NCBI RefSeq assembly: GCF_006345805.1
Contig: NW_021836656.1
Span: forward strand, 1 to 23,142
Direction of reading: 5' to 3'
Origin: Octopus sinensis
Taxonomy: Eukaryota
Length of the DNA: 23,142 bases
In this document: in pieces, positions 1 to 11,379 of the stretch
How positions within the stretch are numbered: the first letter of the stretch is position 1
Layout: every line of letters starts with the position of its first letter
Translations under genes and position numbers: made by a program
Notes under the pieces: model-generated
What the model saw: the letters and a program-made list of their open reading frames with translations, nothing else
The model's database searches: none
What the model was told of the DNA's origin: nothing

Positions 1-45
1 TGTTTGTCCCCTCTGTTTTAGCCCCTTGTGAGTAGTAAAGAAATA
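1..45 (+). mobile_element. 3' end of SINE family A (tRNA-derived, Deu/Nin-like body), cut by the window edge
   Basis: tgtttgtcccctctgttttagccccttgtgagtagtaaagaaata matches the unit ends of the 18009-18788 array; followed by (TA)n. Confidence 0.85.
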
Positions 46-70
46 AATATATATGATATATAATATATAT

Positions 71-108
<38 letters not shown>

Positions 109-357
109 GATATATGTGCGTGTGTGTTGTGTGTGTGTGCGTGTGTGTGGTGTGTGTGCGTGTATGTGTGTGTGTATGTGTGTACATGTAAGCGCATTAT
201 TTTCTTCCACTGCATAGAGAACCAGTGCGTAAATGTGTGTGTGTGTCTGCATGTGTGCGTGTGTTTCTGTGTGTATGTGTGCGTGCGTGTGTGTGCGTGT
301 GTGTGTTTTGCGTAGATATGTGCGCGCGTGTATGTAAAGATGTGTGTGTGTGTGTGC
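46..357. repeat. (TA)n then degenerate (TG)n microsatellite
   Basis: Read directly from the sequence. Confidence 0.95.
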
Positions 358-1259
358 CTACTTGATTCTAGTTGTGAAACCGGTGTAGCTTCAAAAAAGT
401 GTCTTAACGACTCAAAATGAAAAAAAAAAAAAAGAAAATAGAGATCGATAAATCAGTACTAAACAGAAATATGTACAAAAGATCAATATAAGCTCCACAC
501 ACACGCATACACACACACACACACATACACACACACACACACACACACATCTGAATTTAGAGCTGATGTCCAATGTCAGAAATCACTAGAAAAACTAAAA
601 CATCATACATATTCATAGACACAAATCCATGCGCTTATACGAAAATACAACCACATAGCGGTTGTATGTGTGTATAAATGTGTGTATGTGTGCGTATATG
701 TGTGTCTGTATGTGGTGCGTGTGTGTGATGGGGGTCAAACATTACGCTAGCAAAAAAATGTCTGTGGGGATCGAAGAATTCGTATCGAAACCTGTCAAGA
801 AATTCTCGAAGACTTCGAGTCTTTCATTCTTATATAACTTATTAAGCATTCGTGCAAGTGTGTGTATATATGTATGTTTGTACGTGTGTGTGTGTGTGTG
901 TGTGTGTCTGCGTGTGCGTGTGTCCAAACCAGCGTGTGTCTTTAATTAAGAGTCCGGGATTTATCATGGCGTATAATGCTACGGCATAAAATATTAAAAA
1001 ATACACAATTTTGCTGGCGTCCGATTGATAAGTGAATAATTTGTCTACATCACATCACAGCCACTAAATGCCAAATTGAGAAATTTCTATTTAAAAATTC
1101 ATGCTATATTTGAAACTGCTGTCAGGATTCTGTGAGGAAGGAGAGCTGACCTGTAAAAAAAAAACTACATATTTAATATATTGTATCATATTCGGAAATT
1201 TTATGTCGAAATAATTTAATAAATCAGGGTTTGTACTAAAGGCATTATCTGGCATTCTA

Positions 1260-1290
1260 ACATACATACATACATACATACATACATACA

Positions 1291-1324
<34 letters not shown>

Positions 1325-1387
1325 CATACATACATATATACATACATACACGCATACATATATACATACATACATATATACGTACAT
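1260..1387. repeat. (CATA)n microsatellite
   Basis: Read directly from the sequence. Confidence 0.95.
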
Positions 1388-1405
1388 AAAAAATATATAT
1401 CTTTT

Positions 1406-1606
1406 AACATCAAAGAAATCTATGGACAACTGCTTCAAAATCCCCAACTTCTATATCCAGACCATGAATTCATATTTATACCAATAATAATTGGAGCACT
1501 GGGTTTTGTTAGTAAGTGCTTAGAGGAGCGTCTGGTTAAACTGGGATTTTCAGACAGAGAAATCGACCAGCTAATTCGTAAATTACAAGTGTAATCTGTA
1601 AGTGGA
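1406..1606 (+). pseudogene. C-terminal fragment of an RLE-type (R4/NeSL/CRE-like) non-LTR retrotransposon ORF
   Basis: Manual translation NIKEIYGQLLQNPQLLYPDHEFIFIPIIIGALGFVSKCLEERLVKLGFSDREIDQLIRKLQV*SVSG resembles the K..Y..L....PIIIGALG C-terminus of restriction-like endonuclease LINEs; no start codon, one stop. Confidence 0.7.
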
Positions 1607-1974
1607 ATTTTCTCAAATTCCAAATATGAATTACCTATGTTAATTACATGTTGTCACGACCATAATTTTGGAAGTAGGAAAGAGACTGACAAATCCATTC
1701 ATTTGCTCACAGATATATACACGTGTAGCAAGGACATAGACCGAATGAGAACAATTTCTATAAGTGTAGTATTGTAGAAGCCTGTCACATATATTCTTTC
1801 CGCATATATATATATAAATATGTTTGTGTTTCTGTATGTGTGTGTATGTGGATATATGTATGCTTGTGGATATATGTATGTGTATGTGTATATATAAGGA
1901 GGGAAGGAAAGAAAGAGATACAAACAGACAGGAAGAAAAAAGGTTGATTGATGAGAGAGATAGGTGAATCGATA

Positions 1975-2254
<280 letters not shown>

Positions 2255-2799
2255 TTACGTATTTGCTATAAAGTTCTATCAGATAGCCTTTACAAACACA
2301 CACACATACACACAAACATACATATACACACATAAACACACACAGAGAGACAGTCGAAGAGAGATACATACACAGGTATAGTAACAGATAGTAAACATGT
2401 ATGTATGTAGGTATTTTATACACAAAAATACACATAAATATATATGTGTGCATGTACGTGTATGTATATATACATATATTCAAACATATCTATATCTATC
2501 CGCATGTGTTTATATAGATATATATGTAGGGGGTATGCGTGTTTGAGCTTATGGGTCTGACTATGTAGTATATGTACCTATGCTATATATATATATATTT
2601 ATATATATATATATATATATATATGCAGAGAGAGAACGAGAGAGAGAGAACGAGAGAGAGAAAGAGAGAGAGAAAGAAAGTAATGTTTCTAATGAAGTGA
2701 AACTTCAAAAAGTTGTCATACTGACATTTTTAAAAAAAAGAATGAAATGCCCAAAATAAGACGAAAGAGCAAACAAACAACAAAGAAAAGCAAAACAAA

Positions 2800-3005
2800 A
2801 ATAATAATAATAATAATTAATAATAATAATAATAATAACAACAACAACAACAACAATAATAATAATAATAATGTTGATGATAATAATAATAAAAATAATA
2901 ACAACAACAACAATAATAATAATGATAATAATAATAATAATAATAACAACACCACCACCACCACCAACAACAACAATAATAATAATAATAATAATAATAA
3001 TGATG

Positions 3006-3058
<53 letters not shown>

Positions 3059-3195
3059 TAATAAATAATAGCTAATATACAATAATAATATTAATAGTAA
3101 AACGAGAAATTGTATTTTAAAATATTTATAAAATACTATTATCACAATATTAGGATAAAAGAATGCAACAACAACAACAACGACAACAACAACTC
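2800..3195. repeat. (AAT)n/(AAC)n/(ACC)n trinucleotide microsatellite
   Basis: Read directly; source of the poly-N/I/L ORFs in the track. Confidence 0.95.
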
Positions 3196-3664
3196 CAATA
3201 TATTATATAATGAGTATTTATCGATGAGAATTTGTGAAAAAGTGTTATTATAAAAGCGAAATGTCTAGTTTAGATTTTGAAGTGTTATTGTCAATCGACA
3301 TTGATGATTCTTGTTTATTTTTTTTCTTTAGTTGTTAAACATTAAAATAAATAAGTAAATATCAACAAAAATAGGAGAGGAGAAGGAAAAGTGAAAGAGA
3401 AGAAGGAAAAAACTGATGTTTGACGTCAGTATAGAACTAATCTGGAAATGCGTGTTTCGTTGCTTCTGTGTGTGTGGTGTGCTTATGCATGTGTGATTGT
3501 GTGTCTGTGTGTGTGTGTGTAGGAAGTTTGTAGATGATGTGAATGTGTTGGACGACGTAAGTGCTTGTGAGTACGGTTTAGGTTCGTACTTATATAAGCA
3601 TACACATACATAAAGAAGACGCAATAGCAGATGCGGACATCTGAAGGTAGATGTATGCATCGTG

Positions 3665-3706
<42 letters not shown>

Positions 3707-4317
3707 GATAAGAGAGAAAGAGGGATGTAGGTATGTTAGTGTATATGTATATACAGACATAGATTCGCACATATATGTATATACATATGCGTGTGTATGT
3801 ACGTATATATGCATGTAAATATATATATGTATTTATATACATATATATATATATATGTGCATTCATATATGTATATGTGTGTGTACATATGGATATACAT
3901 ACATATATATGTGTGTAAGTATATATGCATATGTATATAAATATATATATGTATATATATATATATGTGTGTTTGTGTGTGTGTGTGTACATATGTATAT
4001 ATATATACATATATATGTTTGTGTGTATGTAAGTATATATGCATATGTTTATATATATATATATATATATATATACGTATGTATGTATGTATGTATGTAT
4101 ATACGTTGTGCATATTCTATGCGGTCAAGAATCAATGTCTTTTATAAGCATATTAGTAGAAGATTATTAGATAAACATACCCAACTCTATTTGTTTTAGC
4201 ATTTTGTGGTAGAATACATACACGAGGTTCAATAGGCCAGAAAAATATTTGCACATACACACAACATGAACATATATATATATATATATATATGTATGTA
4301 TATATTATCATATATTT

Positions 4318-4355
<38 letters not shown>

Positions 4356-4520
4356 TATATACATATATATATATGTAAGTATGTATCTGTGGTTATATAT
4401 ATATATGCGAATGTATATATATATGTATATATAAATGTGCATGTATGTATGTTAAATATATATATATATATATATTTATCATATATATACATCTATGTAT
4501 GTGTGTGCGTGTGTGTACAG
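3665..4520. repeat. Degenerate (TA)n/(TG)n/(TATG)n low-complexity tracts, interrupted at about 4105-4270
   Basis: Read directly from the sequence. Confidence 0.9.
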
Positions 4521-4622
4521 GGTACATAAGATATTTGAGAACAGATATATGATAACAGATAATAACTTTATTTATCAAAAACTGCTATGGGGATAAAAAG
4601 ATAAACCTTCTTTTCTGTAATG

Positions 4623-4915
4623 TTATCCAATAAAGCCACCTTCACCTTCAACAACTGCTTCTATATGATAACTAACTAATCAGCATTCTCCAATCAATTG
4701 GTCCTGGTTAATTTTGGACATTACTCTGACTGTGGCTGCTTTCAAAGAATCTTTGGTGTTATGGCCCAGTTCATTGACCTCTCTCTCGACAACGTTCCAC
4801 ATGTAATAGTCCAATGGATTGAGATCTGGGGAATTAGGAGTATTGGGGTTTATGCAATCAGGAAAATTTGCAGCCATCCATTGCTATGTTACGAGAGCCA
4901 TGTGTTGTAGAGCAG
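4623..4915 (-). pseudogene. C-terminal fragment of a Tc1/mariner-superfamily transposase (third catalytic residue D; maT/DD37D-like)
   Basis: Translation ...QWMAANFPDCINPNTPNSPDLNPLDYYMWNVVEREVNELGHNTKDSLKAA...LIGEC*...IEAVVEGEGGFIG* contains the SPDLNPLDY motif and the typical EAVV..EGGF terminus; internal stops. Confidence 0.85.
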
Positions 4916-5207
4916 AACATAACGCATCAACCGGTTCCGTTATTGAAACCTCGCTCGACCAGGTGAACATGTAGGTGTATGTTGATATATACAGGTATAC
5001 AAAACAAAAAAACAGCAGAAGAGGTAGAAGAACTTTGTTGTAAGTATAATTAGTAAATTTACTGAATTACATGCATAAAAAGTGGTGGAGAATAATATAT
5101 ATCATGCACACACACACTGATATAAATAAATGTATATATATATACATATACATACATATATATATCAATATCTATGTATATACATATAGATATTAATATC
5201 AATATAT

Positions 5208-5240
<33 letters not shown>

Positions 5241-5280
5241 TACTGATATATATATATGTATATATATGTGCGTATATATT

Positions 5281-5490
5281 TGTGTGTCTGTGTTTGTGCC
5301 CCTAGCATTACTTGACAACCGATGCTGGTGTGTTTACGTCCCCGTCACTTAGCGCTTCGGCAAAAGAGACCGATAGAATAAGTACTGGGCTTACAAAGAA
5401 TAAGTCCCGGGGTCGAGTTGCTCGACTAAAGGCGGTGCTCCAGCATGCCCGCAGTCAACTGACTGAAACAAGTAAAAGAGTAAAAGAGTA
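5281..5490 (+). mobile_element. 3' half of SINE family B (composite tRNA SINE) with (AAAGAGT)-like tail
   Basis: Matches the reverse complement of 6663-6890 closely (cttgacaaccgatgctg...aataagtact...gcggtgctcca...gactgaaacaag); preceded by (TA)n with no head. Confidence 0.85.
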
Positions 5491-5491
5491 T

Positions 5492-5523
<32 letters not shown>

Positions 5524-5589
5524 ATAGTTGAAATTTATAGGAAATCAAAAACGACGAAGACATGTGTATAAACCCATATATCCATTCTT

Positions 5590-5659
5590 CATATATATCT
5601 ATATATATATTTAATATGTGTATGTATATACTATATATATATGTATCTATCTATCTATA

Positions 5660-5749
<90 letters not shown>

Positions 5750-6273
5750 GTATATACTCATACACACATATGTATGTATATTTCTGAAGAGAAGAAACGT
5801 CAAGTGACATTACATAATTACAAAGTTTTAGTAGAAGAACAGACTTGGGGATGGAGGAAAATTATGACAAGGTTATTTATGGATGCTATAAAGCTTCTCA
5901 AAAATACACTCAGATACAGGCACTTCTCAGTTCTAGATATAGCTATACCATATCATATCATATATACACATATATACATACATGCATATAATATATAGAT
6001 ATATGTATATATATGAATATATATATATATACTTGTGTGAATATGTATATAACATATATATAAAATTGTTGTGTATATATGTGTATATATATATATTGTA
6101 CATATATATATATGATATATACATACATATATATAATATATATATATTAATATATATATATACATGTATATGCATATATATATATATTCATACACACATA
6201 TGCGTACACACACATTCACACACACACACACACTCTCCTTCTCTCTCTCACATAACCCATGTATAATTATATA

Positions 6274-6308
<35 letters not shown>

Positions 6309-6355
6309 TAATATATATATATATATAGATATAATATATATATGTATGCATATAT
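5590..6355. repeat. (TA)n-rich low-complexity tracts, interrupted at about 5780-5945
   Basis: Read directly from the sequence. Confidence 0.9.
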
Positions 6356-6662
6356 GTGTACGTAAGAGGATTGTGGCTTGTCTGATTTCAGACGTACGGA
6401 ACACCTTCTTCTGGCAGCAAAAATATATATGATCTGAGAACACAATGCTTAAAATGGAAAATATTTTGTATTATGCACTCCTTGAAAAATATCACTCTTT
6501 TAATAACATTTTTTAACGAAACAAATAAAAGATATACACTGAAAACATTAACATCAGAATCATACTAAAGGCCTGTGCTTTCATTGTTGATAACGAAGCC
6601 ATTAACATACCTTAAGGGCAGAAAAAATCGGCTTGGAATCATTTACTACAAAGACGTGGATA

Positions 6663-6900
6663 TACTCTTTTACTCTTATACTTGTTTCAGTCATTTGACT
6701 GCGGCCATCATGGAGCACCGCCTTTTAGTCGAGCAAATCGACCCCGGGACTTATTCTTCTTTGTAACCCCAGTACTTATTCTTTTGGATCTCTTTTGCCG
6801 AACCGCTAAGTGACGGGGACGTAAACACACGCAGCATCGGTTGTCAAGCAATGCTAGGTGGACAAACACAGGCACACAAACATATACACACACACATACA

Positions 6901-6942
<42 letters not shown>

Positions 6943-7102
6943 TACGACAGGCTTCTTACAGTTTCCGTCTACCAAATCCACTCAGAAGGCATTGGTCGGC
7001 CCGGGGCTATAGCAGAAGACACTTGCCCAAGATGCCACGCAGTGGGACTGAACCCGGAACCATGTGGTTGGTTAGCAAGCTACTTACCACACAGCCACTC
7101 CT
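6663..7102 (-). mobile_element. Full-length SINE family B: tRNA-like head, CORE-like segment, internal TA/TG microsatellite, 3' half
   Basis: Minus strand reads aggagtggctgtgtggtaag (A-box-like), ggttccgggttcagtccc (B-box-like), ggcatcttgggcaagtgtctt (CORE-like), internal repeat at about 6880-6945, then the 3' half shared with 5281-5490. Confidence 0.85.
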
Positions 7103-7199
7103 ATGGAATATTCTACAGTAAAATAGTAATAAATCCCATATGAATTATTTGGCCTATAGAGACTTTTAACAAGCATCATAAGAATCTTGATCTGTCTTT

Positions 7200-7318
7200 A
7201 AGCTGGCGTGCTGCAAGAATAATTAGCTCGCCGAAAACGAACGGCTTCGCCTCATTTCGCCCGTTTTCACTTTCTGAGTTCGATTTAAACTTAGGTTCAC
7301 TTTGCTTCTCATCGACAA
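7200..7318 (+). mobile_element. Diverged 5' part of SINE family A
   Basis: gctgcaagaataattagctcgccg...catttcgcccg...ttctgagttcg...aggttcactttgcttctcatc aligns loosely to the head at 18009-18115. Confidence 0.6.
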
Positions 7319-7714
7319 AGGGAATAAGTCGATTACATCGACCCAAGTGCGTAACTGGTATTTAATTTATCGCCCCCCACCCCGAAAGGATAAACGGCAA
7401 AGTCAACCTCGGCGGTATTTGAACCCAGAACCTAAAGACAGACGAAATACTGCTAAGCATTTCGTTCAGCGTGCTAACGTTTCTTAATTTTTTATTGCCC
7501 ACAAGGGTCTAAACATAGAGGGGACAAACAAGGACAGACATAGGTATTAAGTCGATTACATCGACCCCAGTGCGTAACTGGTACTTAATTTATCGACCCC
7601 CCGAAAGGATGAAAGGCAAAGTCGACCTCGGCGGAATTTGAACTCAGAATGTAACGGCAGACGAATTACCGCTTAGCATTTCGCCCGGCGTGCTAACGTT
7701 TCTGCCAGCTCGCC
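7319..7714 (-). mobile_element. Two head-to-tail SINE family A copies (7488-7714 near full length; 7319-7484 partial)
   Basis: Reverse complement of ggcgagctggcagaaacgttagcacgccgggcgaaatgc...gagttcaaattccgccgaggtcgactttgcctttcatcc... Confidence 0.9.
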
Positions 7715-8134
7715 ACCGTTCAGTCGATGAATTTTGCGCCACTAATCTGCGTTCTATGGTATTCGTGATCTTTTTCAAACGACTAATTTAGATTTTTGCA
7801 AAATATAAAAGAAAAACAAACATATTGGTTGCGTTAATTTACTTAGTTATTTGATTCTGTCCCCGAAGTTATTAAGAGAACATGACGTTGGGGAAGATCG
7901 TTCGAAACGAAAATAAAAACATTAATTATTAATTATCAATTATTAATTATAGAGATAATTTACTCATAAGCTATTATTTTGTCTGGAAAAGGGAATTAGC
8001 CGTCCTGCTCACTTTGTCAAAATTTATATTTTCCCTTAGACGTTTACCGGTTTGTAGTTGTTATCTTTCTGGCGGAGTTACCATTATTAGTCTGCGAATG
8101 GAATTACGTGCCTGCTTCTTTTATTGTTTTCAAT

Positions 8135-8520
8135 TGTTTCAGTCATTTGACTGCGGGCCATGCAGGAGCACAGCCTTTGGTTGAAAACATCAACCGAAAG
8201 ACTTATTCGTTATAAGCCTAGTACTTATTCTATCAGTTCCATTTGCCCAACCGCTAAGTTATGAGGACATACAGTCACGAACATCGGTTGTCAAGCAACG
8301 GTGGTGGAACAAACACAATGCATACATACATATATACATACATACATACATGTATATACGATGGGCTTCTTTCAGTTTCCGTTTACCAAATCTACTCACA
8401 AGTCTTTGGTCGGTCCGAGGCTATAGTAGAAGACACTTGCCCAAGGTGCCACGCAATGGCACTGAATCCAGAGCATGTGGTTCGGCAGCAAGCTTCTTAC
8501 CACAGAGCCACACCTGCGCC
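8135..8520 (-). mobile_element. SINE family B copy with internal (CATA)n
   Basis: Same head, CORE-like segment, microsatellite and 3' half as 6663-7102, but more diverged. Confidence 0.85.
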
Positions 8521-8529
8521 TGGGTAAAT

Positions 8530-9300
8530 AAATAGAAAATCTTTCCCCTCAGATTGTTTTAAGAGATCGGCATTTTTCAGCAGTACATAGTATACGTTCT
8601 GTCAATGCCTGCCAGATGGTTTCCTTTCCCCAGTAACGTTCTCTACTATATTAAGATGTTTTCACTCCCGTGTTTGAAGTACCATATATGCTGCGATAAT
8701 TCATGTATTTCTACTGTTAGGTTCAGCTCGAACTGATTATGTAATTTTGTTAATCTTCCAATGCTAATGGACTTCTAAGAACATTTGAATTGTATATCTT
8801 GAGATATTTTTAAGCAGTGTGCTTGCATATACTGGAAAGATATGTTACGTCTGTTGCTACCTTCATAGAAAATGTGTGTAAACAGCAAATCATACACGTC
8901 TGTCTGTATTCATTGTTATTATGTTTTGTAGGCGTTATTCTATGAATTTTATTTTATCGTAAGACAGTGTTGGTATAAAAGATAGTTTATTTAGAACTTT
9001 TTGATGGATTTCATAGTTATATCATGACAAATGTGATTTTTGTTAACTAACACTGTCTCAAGTATATTTAGACCCGTAAGCAGATATTTCATAGTATAAT
9101 CTTTCTTCGTTCGGTTTTCAGCAGGAGTAATTCTCGTTTATTATTTAACCTTATGTCTACAAAGTTTACTATTTTGGAGATTATAGCTATTGTGATTTTA
9201 GATGGAATTCTTTGAATATATTGATTAATGTTCAATCGAAATTCGTTCTCATCACGTCCAATTTTACGATAAGTTACAGCCAAGTAATCATCTGATCACA
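8530..9300 (-). pseudogene. Possible heavily decayed Penelope-like element (RT palm to GIY-YIG C-terminal region)
   Basis: Manual minus-strand translation gives SDDYLAV, SKIVNFVDIRL, KPNE and ELSQHIWYFK in shifting frames with many stops, loosely matching PLE motifs (DD.F, VNFLD, KP, LS.HIW.LK). Confidence 0.35.
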
Positions 9301-9377
9301 GTCTCATCCTCATAAATTGCATTACCTTATTTTTTTCTGCGCGTTATTTTGACAAATAATGATTTCAAATTTTTGCC

Positions 9378-9778
9378 ACATCGACCCGAGTGCGTAACTG
9401 GTCCCTTTTATAATCGAACTCGAAAGAATGTAAGGTAAAATCTACATAGGCAGAATTTGAACTGAGATCGTAAACACAGACGAAATACCTATTTCTTTAC
9501 TACCCACAAGTGGTTAAACACAGAAAGGACAAACAAGGACAGACAAACGGATTAAGTCGATTAGATCGACCCCTGTGCGTAACTGGTAATTATTTAATCG
9601 ACCTCGAAGGGAATGTAAATTAAAATCGACCTCGGCAGAATTTGAACTGAGATCGTAAACACAGACGAAATACCTATTTCTTTAATGCCCACAAGGGGCT
9701 AAACACAGAGAGGACAAACAAGGACAGACAAACGGAATAAGTCGACCCCAGTACGTAACTGGTACTTAATTTATCAAC
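9378..9778 (-). mobile_element. Tandem array of SINE family A units (partial, full, partial), 185-bp period
   Basis: cagaatttgaactgagatcgtaaacacagacgaaatacctatttc starts at 9451 and 9636. Confidence 0.9.
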
Positions 9779-10055
9779 AAATATCCGTCGAATGTAAACA
9801 ATGTAAATAATGTACATAATTCCTCATCTCTTAAATATAGAATTGTAAAAGAAAAGTAGTTAATTGAAGTAATTACATCTACGATTTTCATTGAAGCAAT
9901 ACAAAACTAGGAAACGAATGCTGGAAATGTGAGAAAAAGAAGTCTGTGTTCAGTGCGAATTCATATGGTAACGGAAAACAATGAGTGGAAAATTATTTAT
10001 TTTTCCAGCTGATGTAGACTCGTTAAATGCTAGAAAAGGAGTTGTAGAAATAAAG

Positions 10056-10388
10056 CTTACTTAAAAGACTCCGCCGGTTACGACGACGAGGGTCCCAGCT
10101 GATACGATCAACGGAACAGCTTGCTCGTGAAATTAACGTGCAAATGGCTGAGCATTCCACAGACACGTGTACCCTTAACGTAGTTCTCGGGGAAAATCAG
10201 CGTGACACAGAGAGTGACAAGGCTGACCCTTTGAAATACATGTACAACTCATTTTTGCCAGCTGAGTGGACTGGAGCAACGTGAAATAAAGTGTCTTGCT
10301 CAAGGACACAACGCGTCGCCGGGAATCGAACTCACAACCTTACGATCATGAGCCGAATGCCCCTAACCACTAAGCCACGCGCCCTCAC
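10056..10388 (-). mobile_element. SINE family C: tRNA-derived head with CORE-like domain
   Basis: Minus strand reads gtgagggcgcgtggcttagtggttaggg (A box), gagttcgattccc (B box), gtgtccttgagcaagacactt (CORE-like), ending in a short taag tail. Confidence 0.8.
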
Positions 10389-10681
10389 AGAAATAAAGCA
10401 TGAAGCGGTAGAAAGCATAGCCGCAAGTTCGCGTAGCATAATAGCGGCTAAGCTTTGGCAGCTAAGAGAAAATACTTGCTCTCAACCTCATCGATATCGA
10501 TTGCCTGTAATTTCAAGGATCATTCATTGGTGCCGACAAAAAATATCCTGGATTTCCCGCTTATCTGGGAGCTAGCACTGATTTTGAAGTATTTGAAGAA
10601 TTTTGTAAACTTGTTAATGGCGAACAGTTTCTGAGATACGATTCGGGTATCGAGGGCCAAGAGCTTAACAATCTGATGTGA

Positions 10682-10888
10682 GAGACAATAAGACCTATAG
10701 TGAGCTGTAGAGGTTCAGCATGTCATCCACTGAGCCGCTTCCTTGTGGATATCATCAGTCCATTAGCAGGTAAGTCAACATCGTACGTGAAGAATTCCAC
10801 CCACTTCACAGAATTGATCAAGGATACCCCCATTGAATCCAACCAGATGGTGAGTCTAGATGTGATAAGCCTGTTCACCAAAGTACCA
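10682..10888 (+). pseudogene. Penelope-like element reverse transcriptase fragment; may continue in decayed form to about 11081
   Basis: ETIRPIVSCRGSACHPLSRFLVDIISPLAGKSTSYVKNSTHFTELIKDTPIESNQMVSLDVISLFTKVP carries the PLE motifs RPIVS, VKNS and SxDVxSLFTxVP. Confidence 0.85.
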
Positions 10889-11092
10889 AGAAAAACTAGT
10901 GACAGAGTTCAATTTAGCACCCCAAAGTTAGCTAAAAAGACAATGATAAGCCTTGTGCCAGAAAAGTGTTGATCAGTGTAATTTATGCTGTCACGGAGTA
11001 TTGCCGTTTTCGACTCTGGCAAATACCGACAATTGAAGGATGTAGCGATAAACTGCAACGGCGCAGGCTCGTTGTACATGACCTGACCTCTG

Positions 11093-11180
<88 letters not shown>
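11093..11180 (+). repeat. Perfect (TATC)22 microsatellite abutting the LINE 5' end
   Basis: 88 bp uninterrupted; next bases are gacggatgtg. Confidence 0.97.
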
Positions 11181-11379
11181 GACGGATGTGATGTCGTTTC
11201 AGCTCCGAAGGTAATCATTTATTTTGACTATTTATAGGCCAATTTTTGTGTAGATTTTTGCAAATAAGGTGTGTAAGGCAACCAACTTTCATTTGAGTGC
11301 TTTTCCAAGGGAGGAATTCGCCCCTAGGGGCAGTTTCGACCCCATTTCATTTCTGTTATTTTCTTCTCGACATTAGAAA

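Noticed and set aside
805-819. 15-bp palindrome ctcgaag-a-cttcgag
   Set aside because: Short enough to be expected by chance in 23 kb.
1091-1150. Minus-strand acceptor (T-run then acag) followed by VSSPSSQNPDSSFKYSMNF*
   Set aside because: No recognisable protein similarity or partner exon; the T-run plus AG is common by chance here.
5784-5812. ctgaagagaagaaacgtcaagtgac, resembling a hammerhead core
   Set aside because: Stem II is absent, there is no proper stem I and the cleavage triplet is mismatched; at most a dead PLE pLTR relic.
6611-6645. Minus-strand 35-nt micro-exon candidate with a strong AAG|GTATGT donor
   Set aside because: Too short to assess, weak acceptor and no homology evidence.
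10056-10388. tRNA-like A and B boxes as a possible tRNA gene
   Set aside because: No complete cloverleaf or acceptor stem, and it continues into a SINE body and tail.
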